Shown here piece after piece: positions 24,001-34,304 of a DNA stretch of 64,000 nt (positions within the stretch are counted from its first letter, which is position 1; every line of letters starts with the position of its first letter). This DNA is from Rhina ancylostomus. Lineage: Eukaryota. The position numbers and the translations under genes are program-made. Under the pieces are notes generated by a model. It was given only the letters and a program-made list of their open reading frames with translations. It did not search any database and had not been told where the DNA came from. The stretch spans positions 16,879,965-16,943,964 of the forward strand of contig JARFYF010000058.1 in NCBI GenBank assembly GCA_030265395.1, in the 5' to 3' direction.

Positions 24001-27000
24001 GTATGGGTTTCTATGTTTTCAAAGGTAATCTTAATTGCAAGCACAGCTAGCTATATATTTACAAATATATCTTCACTAACAACTTAGCATTGTTTTGACA
24101 ACTGCAAATGCATGAGAAACTCATTAAATTGATGTACAAAATCAAATCATACACTTATTTGTAAGTAAGTAGATACCGAATTACTGAATCACGACGTTGA
24201 TCAAAACAAAATCGCCGTCTTTTAACATTACCCTAACATTATTCCCATGACTTTAGTGAAGTGGGCATTTATTTTTCTGCTTCGAGTGGTTTAAAAATAA
24301 TTATTATTAAATGCTGACTACTCACCAGTTTTTCGGAGTGGAAAGTCATCTTTACCATCATACGATCCCAGCAATGGGACTTTGTAGGTGGGAGGTGTTG
24401 TACTCTGGGGTGGGGAGCTCTGGTCCAGTGATGCATGATGGGCTCCCCTGGTAGAAACAAGAGAAAAGCACATTATAACGGAGTACTTCTAACTGTACAC
24501 TTAATGTGTACGTGGAATGGATAAATACTATAAACATTTAGAAGCAATTTTGATTTTGCAATTACTTAAGAAAAAAAATGTTTACTGAATGATGCTCCCT
24601 GCAACTTATTTACTTGATCACTTTAGCTCAACCATCCAGAAATGCACTGACTTTATTCACTTCAACATTTAATTAAATGATTCTAGGATTTTTGTCTCCG
24701 TTAGTGTGCGAAAAGATGGGATACAGTAACAAAGCAGTCAGGTTACTAGACTACTAGGTAGAGGCCTAAATTACCATCTGGTGACAAGAGCTAGGATTAT
24801 CATGAGCTATGACATTTTAATTCAAGTAATTAAATAAATATGGAATTCAAAAGTTAGTTTCAGTGACAGTAACAATGATTGCTGTTAAAACCCATTTGGT
24901 TCACTGATGTCCTTCAGAAAAAGGAAGTCTGCCACTCTTGCCGTTGTGGAATACCCACAGCAATGTGCCTGAAATTAAACTACCTGCAGAAATTGCATCA
25001 CCAGTTCAGGGGCAGTTAGGGATTGGTTTTAAATGCTGGTTCAGTTAATACACCCAATTTCTTTAAAGGAATAAGTTAAAAATAACTTCTCAATATGTGT
25101 TACTAACTTAAATTTGTTGCTCCTTATATTAATCCTGGAATTTAATTTAAAATAATTTTTCAGATATACCATTTCATAACCTTTCAGCATGAGAAGCTCA
25201 GGTTTCTTTAGGCCTTCCTCATGATGGAGATCTCTAAGACTAGGATTCAGCCCTGTGATACTTTATTATATCACCCCCAAAACTTGTCAGCATTGCCTCA
25301 AGTAAATCTCAGTTACTAACATTGGATAAGCACCAATGTTGTGATTTGATCACAGCACAAAGCAGTTTTGTCATGATTTTCACTTGCATAACACAATTCA
25401 GCTCTATTCAAAGCTCTAGTGGTTGAACGTGTTGAATATCTAGTCCATTATTACTTAAGCCTTTTGACAATAGATGCAAGCAGACAAACTCTGAATTAAG
25501 TTCTATGGTACCAGCCATAGGTTGTGCTATAAGTTTCTCTGCTTAAAAGCATGATGCTTGAAAACCTTGTCTGTACTTAACAGCTTGTGTATCAAACTTG
25601 AACTATGAATTTCTGATCAGAATTTTTTTTATATACTTTTTTTTCTTGGCAGTCAGATCCCCATGTAATGAAAACATTGAAAGAGAACAATGCTGTAAGT
25701 AGATCACACCATAAAATCTCATGCTGTGGTTTTTGTTAAGACAAACAGTCCAAATCAGATCATTAATATTTATCCAAAAATCATTTCAGCAATTATGTCG
25801 TGAGACCACCAGCTATCGTTCTGGAACATCTAAGACATAATTTTGAATCCCAGTATGGCAGTGGGGAACTAAGTTCAAGTAATTAAACAAAATCCAGATT
25901 ATAAATTTAGAACAATGCTCATAAAAATGACTGTTTTGTTGGAAGAAGCCATCAGGTTCACTATTATCATTCAGGGAAGGAAATCTCTCCCATCTCATCC
26001 AGTCTGGCTAGATACACGAATAGTTTTCTGTATTGTGTAGAGAAAATCTCCTGTAACCAGACTGTAAACTTTAGTGTTTACAGTTTTAAAAAGAGGCAAC
26101 AAAATGGTGACCTTGACAGATAAGTAAGTTAGATGATATGGATTCAGAATTCTACTTCAAACTGAACAGGATGGGAATAAGGAGATAAATTTATTTCAGA
26201 TTTTTTGTTAATTTAAAGAGTGATCAATATTCAAAATTAACTTCCAGGTCTAATAGTGGAGGCAGTCACAAATATCTGCAGAAATATAGATATAACAAGC
26301 TAAACTGAATAATGTTTCGCATCCACATCTAGCTTATGGTCTCTTATCAATGCAGTAACAATATTTCTTAGGTGCATGTTCTCCATTCCTATACTGAGGA
26401 TGCAGAAATGCTAATCAGAAACCCATAATTAGATTTTGATTTGAGTTCCTTTTGTCATGTCATTTTCAGAGGTACTCCACTAGAAAAGTTATGTTGGACT
26501 AAACAGTTGATTTGAAAAAAAGATTTGATTATTCTTTGAGATCTTTGCCAGGATATACCTAAATTGAATGGAAGACACTGAAGTCCAAACACTAAAGTAT
26601 ACTTAGTTAACACAAGGTACGCATAACCTACAGTACAATATACACATACAGTACCAGTTTTTTGGATGCTGGGGGATGGAATGATTCAGTCCACTGGTCA
26701 TAGAATCCTTTGAAGCTGTTTTACTTAATAGGAACTCCTGAAGTTTTAGTTTGACTTCTGTACTAGCTATTGCACCTGAAGAGTAGAAGGGGAAGACATG
26801 AGACTACACAGGTTATAACAAATACTTACTCTTAAGCAGCAAAAAATTAATTGTGTGGTCCTTAGTACACTGGATATCATGCCAGTTTTATGAGCCAAAT
26901 TTAAATGAAAAGTATTTTCATGAATCTAGCAGACTATTTTTANNNNNNNNNNNNNNNNNNNNNNNNNNNNNNNNNNNNNNNNNNNNNNNNNNNNNNNNNN

Positions 27001-30000
27001 NNNNNNNNNNNNNNNNNNNNNNNNNNNNNNNNNNNNNNNNNNNNNNNNNNNNNNNNNNNNNNNNNNNNNNNNNNNNNNNNNNNNNNNNNNNNNNNNNNNN
27101 NNNCTGATCACCCACTAGCTGCTGTCTCCTAACTCCACCCCACCTCCTCCCACACCTGGCTCTATCTGCCGTCATCCCCCTCCTCACCTGGTTCCACCTA
27201 TTGCATGTCACCTTGTACTGGCTATCTTCCCTCCACAATTTCAGTCTTTTTGCATGATCTTGAACCAAAATGTTGACAATCTCTTCACTTCCACAGATAC
27301 TGCCTGACTTGCTGAATTTCTCCACCAGTTTGTTTTTTTGCTCCAGATTATAGCATCTGCAGTCTCTTGTGTCTCTATTAGTTTGGTTGTTTAATGCTGA
27401 TTTCTACATGTTTTTAAAAATGGTATCACTTACCAAACTACACTAAAACAAAGATAGGGCAATGAATAACACTATTTGAAAAAAAAATTCTACATTAAAC
27501 TTTCTAACCTGCAGAAAATAAGTCAGCCGTTTTTCAAAAAATTATAAAATGAGGCTACAAAGAAAAACTATTCCTTAGGAAAACTTTTTTCTTACTGCTA
27601 TATATCCTGTATAGTGAAAATGAACTGTGGTTAATTTAGTTATAAAGTACAAAAAAAATAGCAGCTTTGTTAATAATAATACTTATTCAAAGTGCCCATT
27701 TAATCAAGAACAAATTCTATACAAATCAAACAGTGAAGAAACCAATACTTTGCAGTAACTATTGTTACTGTATGGAAAAGATTACCAAACTATGGTACAA
27801 TGCCCCGTTGCTGGATTATAGATGTGAGCAACATAATTTTGAATGAACAAAGTTCAGTTTGCTCCATTGTGAATATTTCTTGCAACACCCAATGGATTTT
27901 TCCTGAACTAAAATTTGTGAAGTTTAACTCACCTCACTTAAGTCGTTTAACATTTAATGCTGACAATACAATACTCAGTTCTGAAAACTCAAGAGATATT
28001 ATTTCCCACTGCAAGATATTTTGTCTGCTTCATCAGGGAGAAGACAGAGCAAACGGCAGCAATAGAAAATTTAGAATGATGTAATTGCAGAGCCCTCTTG
28101 TACCTCCTAGTGGTAAATTGAAAGGGGTACTGCCCAAATATTGAAATCAGGTTACTGCTATTCAAGCTTGCTGTTTCTACTCTTACTGATGTTTCATCCT
28201 CAACAAAATAGTAGATAATGCAGAAGGCATTAACAGGGAGGGAAAAATTGACAGAGAAAAATAAAGTCATATTTTAAAAATATATTTATTTTGAAATTTA
28301 TTAGATAGTTTGGGGTTTATTTTCAGAAATATTGGAGAATGTTGTTTTTTTTTGATATGACTGTGTGAAAGACCCAAGGGTCTGCTTAGCTTCAAATCAG
28401 CTGCAACATGTTTCAGACTGCCACGTCAGTGTAACACAAATCCCAGTCTCCAAAGTAAATTCTCTTATGCATCAGATGATAGATCTTCACCCTGTCCTCC
28501 TAGGACCTGAACTGGGGGCAGCTTTTGACTTAACAAAAGCTCACATTCACACATAGATTCCTTACTTTCCTTGCCTTTCTCTTTGTTCCGAAGCATAAGC
28601 AGCTGCTGCTCCAGCCTCTGTTTCTCCAATTCTTCAAGCCGTTGCTGTTCAAGTTTACGTTGTTGTTCCAATTCTTGCTGACGCTTCACAGCTAGGATCT
28701 CCTGTTGTTGCTTACACAAATGACAAAGAAGTCCAGGTAAACAGCGAGCATAGCTATTTTACAAATTGAATATAATCAATACAAATAAGCTTTCACATCC
28801 CATTCATACAGTGTATCATCAACTTATTTGGAATACATTAGAGCAGAATTATAATTCATTAGTTCAACTGCAAGCAAGCATACTAACAAAACTCAGCTGT
28901 TGCCAAGAAATATTTATGTTCTACAAAACACTATAATTATACAACAAGCTTATCTGACAAGATTAAGGATGTAAATACTTTAATACTGGATGCAATCAAC
29001 AATGCATTTTCAGCAATCGCATTATTAAATGTCTCTACTATAAAGGAATAAGATGGCTGACTACATTCCAATTTCCCCCCCCCCCAAAACCACAGCATCT
29101 TATTGACAGTTGTCAAAAGGATTTCATTCAAAATTCAAACTGACAAGAGCCCAAACTCCAAATTCTTAATTAAGCTTAAATCATAACAGAAAATGCTGGA
29201 AGCACTCAGCAGGCCAGGCAGCACCTGTGGTAAGAGAAACAGAATTAATGTTTGAAGTTTGAGACCATTGAAAGATCTCGGACCTGAAACAATAACTTAG
29301 TTCCTCTTTCCATGGATGCTGCCTGACCTGTTGAGTGCTTCCAGCACTTTGTTTTTATTTCAGATTTTCAAGATCAGCATTTTTAAATAAAAATTCCCAA
29401 TCGAGCTTTTATTATTCTAGCTGCCATATTTATAACCAGACATGAAGTCCAAAAAAGAACTGTTCCCATACCCATAGCATAAACATTTCTAATCTTGGCA
29501 AAGATAAAAGTAATGCTATCTAAGTGATAGATTTTAAATCTCTAAATAGCTTAAACTCAAAAAAAAATTAACAAAAATCACATTGAGATTACTGCAGTTA
29601 TGAGCACAAGGAATAAAGGAGACTGTAATGTTATACATGCCTGAAAAAGTCTTGGAAATATTTTTGTTGTTATCATTAAAAATTTGGCTATCATAAAATA
29701 AATGTAATCAGCCATTATTGACTAAATATCCTGTGCACCAAAACATGCTCACTTTCCAAGTGTAGCAAAATTTATCATGCCTTTTAAAATATGGCAAGAT
29801 TATCAATAATGCAATAAAATTTAATGAACAATGAACTTTTACTGATAATGTGAATTTATTTGCCTAAACCTGTGAACAGAAACAGTGAAAAAATAATGCT
29901 TAAGTTAACATAGTGAATAACGTTTAAAAAAAAATCAAATATATTGTGAAAATGCATAATCAAAATTATTTCTGACAGTAAGCAACATAAAAACAACTAT

Positions 30001-30530
30001 TGGAAAAGTTTGCAGATAACTATAATTTCCTCAGTAAGAGTACTGTTAATCTGAGGTCCACAATGATAACTTTTTAATCAGTCTCCAAATAAATCATTCT
30101 ATGTATATAAGTAACAAGCAGCAAAAAGGGAAACATTAAACATTAATCTCTGGTTTAGGAACAATTCTGGAAATGGTATCCAATAGAATGCATATTAGAG
30201 AGAATGTTAAAGTAAAGGAATGAGAGTGACACTAAATTCTTAGTTGATATTCATGAATAAATTAAACTTAGAATAATCAAAGTACCTTCAAATGTTCCTG
30301 AATCTGAACCTCATGCTGCCTTGTTAGGTGTTCATGTTGTTTCTGGAATTCAGCAAATAATAGCTGCTTCTGGATCTGTTGCTGCTGCTTAAGCATCAAT
30401 AGTTCATGTTGCAGCTGTTGTTCACGAAGAAGAGGGTCAACATTTGAAACTGGGATTCTTGGATCTGTCCTCAAATCAACTGGAGTGGCAGTCTGCATAG
30501 TGACAGGCAGGGAGGATTTAACTTCAACTG
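4250..30530 (-). CDS. HDAC5: Class IIa histone deacetylase, HDAC5 orthologue; partial gene, 10 coding exons of the N-terminal regulatory half
   Basis: The spliced exons give a continuous frame of 1715 nt with HDAC5-type segments: [105 protein letters not shown]. All junctions are GT-AG with matching phases. Confidence 0.93.
4640..5105 (-). mobile_element. CR1-type LINE 3' fragment, decayed
   Basis: Contains the reverse complement of the CR1 (LEY..QFW.P) relic: gggtgcccagaattgaatagagtaatccag. Confidence 0.55.
5730..5944 (-). CDS. HDAC5: HDAC5 coding exon: [72 protein letters not shown] (second 14-3-3 site)
   Basis: Acceptor ttatcttag|TG; donor AAG|gtgagg; 215 nt, phase 1 to 0. Confidence 0.95.
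6646..6873 (-). other. Candidate alternative (poison/NMD) cassette exon in an HDAC5 intron
   Basis: Acceptor tatctttctctttgcag|CT and donor TCA|gtaagg bracket 228 nt at about 44% GC, next to about 13% GC flank. In-frame TAA at 6829-6827. Confidence 0.5.
7640..8600 (-). mobile_element. CR1-type LINE 3' fragment, decayed
   Basis: tgcccagaactggacacaatactctagttgtggcc is the reverse complement of an [11 protein letters not shown] relic; further CR1 RT-tail motifs are present. Confidence 0.72.
9127..9349 (-). CDS. HDAC5: HDAC5 coding exon: [74 protein letters not shown]
   Basis: Read manually. Acceptor tctatttatag|CCC; donor CTG|gtgaat; 223 nt, phase 0 to 1. Confidence 0.94.
10369..10503 (-). CDS. 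HDAC5: HDAC5 coding exon: [45 protein letters not shown] (PSLPNI ankyrin-repeat-binding motif)
   Basis: Acceptor ttatccacag|CAT; donor AAT|gtaagt; 135 nt, phase 0 to 0. Confidence 0.94.
12385..13090. mobile_element. Penelope-like element terminal repeats in inverted orientation (about 700-bp imperfect palindrome)
   Basis: Arm 12421-12482 is the near reverse complement of 13021-13082; inner segments about 12630-12675 and 12877-12922 are also inverted; a degenerate hammerhead motif lies at 12984-13023. Confidence 0.7.
14650..14762 (-). CDS. HDAC5: HDAC5 coding exon: [38 protein letters not shown]
   Basis: Acceptor ttgtttcag|TT; donor GAG|gtaata; 113 nt, phase 1 to 0. Confidence 0.94.
17723..17990 (+). 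mobile_element. tRNA-derived SINE (HE1/V-SINE-like)
   Basis: A-box-like cagtggtgcagc, B-box-like gggattcaatcc, then the core gctgtctgtgtggagtttgc...ttctcc...gggtgctcaggtttc. Confidence 0.8.
18254..18385 (-). CDS. HDAC5: HDAC5 coding exon: [44 protein letters not shown] (first 14-3-3 serine, NLS)
   Basis: Acceptor atttacag|CT; donor CAG|gtaagg; 132 nt, phase 1 to 1. Confidence 0.95.
20180..21735 (+). mobile_element. L2/CR1-group LINE RT and 3' fragment, interrupted by an inverted duplication and microsatellites
   Basis: RT relics (ggcaaaggctatgggc, tggaaaattgcc...cacaaaaag, cccaatcagtccactctc, cttcatcaatgacctt) and tail aataaatgctggtc...gcccacatc. Confidence 0.65.
20711..21189. repeat. Long inverted repeat (about 115-bp arms) around an AT-rich/(TA)n(CA)n spacer
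   Basis: 20711-20826 versus the reverse complement of 21076-21189: 6 substitutions and one 2-nt indel by manual alignment. Confidence 0.93.
22880..23560 (-). mobile_element. L2/CR1-group LINE 3' fragment
   Basis: Same family as 56360-57420 (ggcaaggccaatatttatt tail; caggatgttg...tcattcaatgtaaagg). Confidence 0.55.
24326..24447 (-). CDS. HDAC5: HDAC5 coding exon: [40 protein letters not shown]
   Basis: Acceptor tttctaccag|G; donor CTG|gtgagt; 122 nt, phase 2 to 1. Confidence 0.94.
24720..25055 (+). mobile_element. tRNA-like SINE with L2-type tail (decayed)
   Basis: Shares the core aaaacccatttggttcactgatgtccttcag..ggaa with 25810-26010 (minus) and 59065-59420. Confidence 0.6.
25810..26012 (-). 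mobile_element. Same SINE family, partial
   Basis: Core gccatcaggttcactattatcattcagggaaggaaatct matches the copies at 24720 and 59065; it reads in the same direction as those copies, so the strand given here is uncertain. Confidence 0.45.
26655..26775 (-). CDS. HDAC5: HDAC5 coding exon: [41 protein letters not shown] (MEF2-binding helix)
   Basis: Not in the ORF track; read manually. Acceptor ctactcttcag|GT; donor CTG|gtactg; 121 nt, phase 1 to 2. Confidence 0.93.
27105..27376. mobile_element. Penelope-like terminal repeat relic (one arm)
   Basis: ccacagatactgcctgacttgctgaatttctccacca...gctccagattatagcatctgcagtctcttgtgtct matches the family at 12385-13090. Confidence 0.65.
28566..28710 (-). 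CDS. HDAC5: HDAC5 coding exon: [48 protein letters not shown]
   Basis: Acceptor tttgtgtaag|CAA (alternative CAG 9 nt further in); donor GAAA|gtaagg; 145 nt, phase 0 to 1. Confidence 0.92.
29188..29385. repeat. Short palindromic (MITE-like) derivative of the same Penelope-like repeat
   Basis: aatgctggaagcactcagcaggccaggcagca ... tgctgcctgacctgttgagtgcttccagcac form inverted arms. Related copies lie near 7060-7200, 11575-11650, 23870-23975, 36290-36440, 41570-41610, 47435-47520, 50740-50860, 53875-53975 and 61975-62010. Confidence 0.8.
30286..30530 (-). CDS. HDAC5: HDAC5 coding exon: [10 protein letters not shown]...PVDLRTD...[46 protein letters not shown] (CtBP motif, Gln-rich helix)
   Basis: Acceptor tttcacacag|CAG (alternative start 30527); donor AAG|gtactt; 245 nt, phase 1 to 0. 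Confidence 0.93.
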
Positions 30531-30798
30531 CTGTGTGAAAGACAAAATAGATTTTAGCAAACAAAGCAACATTTTTAAAATCAGCAGATACAGTAAATTT
30601 TATGAAATAATAGGCGCAACAAACAGCTGCATGGAGGTTTTATCTGATCAGAAACACAGGTGATGATTACTATGCCATATTGCTGTTAATAATCTTTTGT
30701 ATCAGTTCTTTAGTAATGTCAAAGGGACCCATTAGGTTTGCAGTTGACACTTAAATGAAACTCTGATGTAGTCTTTTGCTTCTGAGCTAAAGTATTAT

Positions 30799-31153
30799 GA
30801 GTTGAAACACCATTCTGTGGTCCAGAACTCCTGTGGTCCGGCACATCNNNNNNNNNNNNNNNNNNNNNNNNNNNNNNNNNNNNNNNNNNNNNNNNNNNNN
30901 NNNNNNNNNNNNNNNNNNNNNNNNNNNNNNNNNNNNNNNNNNNNNNNNNNNNNNNNNNNNNNNNNNNNNNNNNNNNNNNNNNNNNNNNNNNNNNNNNNNN
31001 NNNNNNNNNNNNNNNNNNNNNNNNNNNNNNNNNNNNNNNNNTCTGTACTTAAAGATAACAGTTCTCCTGCTCAGAGGATGATGATCAGGGGCAATTTCTA
31101 TCGATCGGTGCCAGTCAGGTCCCAAGCAGACGGACTAGAGAGTTTCAACCTGT
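30799..31153. mobile_element. Possible pogo/Tigger-type MITE (interior is an N gap)
   Basis: Inverted termini gttgaaac...gtcc / ggac...gtttcaacctg. Confidence 0.45.
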
Positions 31154-33399
31154 CTTGACTTATGAACTAATCTACAAACACTGAACACAGAGATAAATAC
31201 ATTTTTATCCCTCAGTTTGAAAGAAGGGTTTGAAGTAAATAAAAGAATTAACAAGTTTTATTGAAAAAAATTAGTTGAGCACCAAACTCAGTTATTAACT
31301 AAATGCTAAGAAATGTAGTAAGGAGTTGAGTGATGCACAAACTCAGGTTGTATGTTGATGAGTTAGTGTGTTGGGCAAACATATCAAGATGGTCAATGCA
31401 TAACAACAGGTGTAACCATTAGGGAGTGCTTGCTAAGTGCAAAGTTACTAATTTATTACTAATAAAGTTCCCAAGAGGTTAAATATGTTTTCATGGAGAT
31501 TCTTGTCATGGACTGAAATGCACCACTTACATATAAAAGTGCCATTCTCTGAAGGAAGAACGAACAAAATGTGGCATTACGACACCACAGAGGTCCAAAG
31601 GGAGGCAATAATCTAAAGTCTCCTTTGGCCTCCCGAATAGGGTCTCATAACATCATTTGAGAAAAACACAGGAGTTCTCTCAGTGCCTTGGTCAAAAGTA
31701 GGTGAGCTATGCTGAGCTTGGAAACTTGGTTCAAACACACCTAGGAGTACTGAGCATTGTTCTGCTCTCCTGAGGTCTAAAAAAATTATGAAGGGATTTG
31801 ATAAGGCATACAGAGGAAAGGTGTAACCACATATGGGAGTCTAAAATTAGAAACCATAAGATTGTCCAGTTTAAAAATAGACATTGTTAATCAAAGTGGT
31901 GAAAATATGAAACTTGTCACCACATGGAATAATCAGGTCAGAGTCAGCTTTCTCAAGGAAGTTAGCAACAAAGGTCCTGTTGGAGGCAAGAGCCAATTCT
32001 GTACACAGGTAACTGCTGAGTGTGGTCAGTGAGACCAGCAGTAGGTCAGGCCATTAAATTCAATCCTAATCCTTTCTTCATCCAAAACCCATATACTTGC
32101 AATTTCAACAGTTGCACCTCACTTGTGGTCAGCAGAGGTTTAAATATTTCCATCAGGGCACTAGCAATCTCTTCCCTTACCTTCCACAGCAGCCTGGCCC
32201 TGGGATTTATTCACCTTTATGCATACTAAGGCATCAAATAACTCCTTTTTAATCTTAATGTGCTCTAGAAATTCAGCATCCCCTCTAAAATCTCCAACTA
32301 ATGCCTTTCTCCTTGGTGAATACAGATGAAAAAATATTCATTAAAGACCTCACCCATATCATCTGACTCAACACACAGATTACCTCTTTTTAATCCCTAG
32401 TGGGCTCTACTCTTTCTCAGGTTACCCTCTTGCTCTTAATCTAATCTAAATATATATAATAACATCGAAGGTCCACATTTCCCATGCATAGCTCAGTAAC
32501 AAAACAACCATGAAATATGAACCTTAGCATTGCAAGTTGGGATTAGCATAAGGACGTGCACTACACTCTCAGTTTTTCTAAAAAAAACCATTGGAGTCAC
32601 TCCATAGGTCAAAGGGGGTTTAATTTCCCCATCAAAAATTGAGGTGATTTTTTTCAGATCTATGTTTGAGATACTAAATATTTGGTTGGACCTGACCTAA
32701 GCACTTATGGTCTACCTGAACCACAAAGAGAAACTGAAAATTTGTGCTCCCAGTTTCTGCACAGAACAGCTATGATTTAAACCAGTGAGACAAATATATC
32801 TGAGAAAAATAACCTAGTTTAGTGAGATACCAATGAAATGCCTTAGATACTATTACAGAGGCTATTTATAATGACTAAGGAATCATATTTCTTTCGGATG
32901 CTTCTAGTGGAACAGGAAAAACTTTCCTTATTAATCTACCTTTGCCTAAAGTTTGAAGATAAAACACGATTGTCCAAGCTGTGTTAGTATCAGACATTAC
33001 TTCAACATTTTTGACGGGGGGAGGTGGAAACGATGGAAACTTTTAAGCTTCCTTTAAATTTGACAAATGTGAAGCCTCCAACATGTTACAGTGGTCAGGG
33101 AACTGCAAAGGGAAAATTCGTAGAGATTGCAAACTTGTTGTCTAGGATGAATGTACATTGGCTCACAAAGCACCCACTGAAGCATTATATTGAAAGTTGC
33201 AAGATCTTAGACACAACAATAAATTATGTGTGTTACTTTAGAACGAGCTGGAGATTTTTGTCAAATGCTACATTAATTCCACTGGGTATGAAAGTAGATG
33301 AATTGAAAGCCTGTATTCAAGCATCATATTTGCGATTACACTGGAAAACCAATATGCAAGTACATTTGATAGGTGATCTATCTGTAAGAAAATTTGTTT

Positions 33400-33930
33400 T
33401 GAATTACTCAGTTTAGGAAATGGGGAAATTATACATAATGGTTCACAGGAATGATTTCGATGAAAACCTTGGGCAGAATTGTTACATCACTTCATGACCT
33501 GATGCAAGCTGTTTTCCCAAATGTCACTCAACAAAATAAGAGTGTCTGGTATTGGAGGTAACATATTAACGTGGACTGAGAATTGCTTAACAGATAGAAA
33601 ATATAGAGCAAGAATGAATTATTACTTTTGGGTTGAATGGCTATAACAACTAGGGTATTAGAAAAATTGGTGCTGGGGTCTCACATGAATGATTTCAATG
33701 GGTAGCATTATGGATTACAAAGAGGACAAAGAATGGCTTCAGGGGGATATGCACAATTCAAGTGAATGAACAAGGATTTGTCAAGTGGAAAATAAAAGGG
33801 GAAGAATTGCAATAGTTTCCATTTCAGTGAAAAATATAGGAACAGAGTACTTTTTTAAATGGCAAAAGACTAAAAAGTGTTAGCATTCATAGGGACCTGT
33901 ACATAAATCACAAAGTTAATATGCAGGCTG
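33400..33930 (+). mobile_element. CR1-type LINE RT relic, heavily decayed
   Basis: Relics of the W..NWL.DR and LQ.D....EW motifs (gtggactgagaattgcttaacagatagaaa; cttcagggggatat). Confidence 0.55.
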
Positions 33931-34129
33931 TGATGTGGGGTTGTGTGGGGGGATTGATGCTGGTGCCTCTCATAGAACCATAGGAAAACTACAGCACAGA
34001 AAAACAGACCATTCGGCCCTTCTAGTCTGTGCCGAAACATTATTCTGCTAGTNNNNNNNNNNAATTTACTCTTAAAAGTTAAGAGTGAGCCCGCAGTGAC
34101 TAGATCAGATGGTAGCCCGACATCATCTA

Positions 34130-34304
34130 TTTTGTTAATCACATCCTCTAACTCTGTTCAATAATATCCTGTGTGGTACCATACTGAAGGCCTTCTTAAA
34201 GTCTGAGTACACCATGTCCACTGGTTTGCCCTCATCTGCTCTGCTAGTTGCAGACTCAAAGTCCAACAGATTTGTCAAACATGATTTTCCCTTCATAAAT
34301 CTAT
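34130..34304 (-). mobile_element. CR1 LINE reverse transcriptase fragment
   Basis: FMKGKSCLTNLLDFES...DEGKPVDMVYSDFKKAFSMVPHRILL matches the canonical CR1 RT segment GF..GKSCLTNL...VD.VY.DF.KAFD.VPH..LL. Confidence 0.9.
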
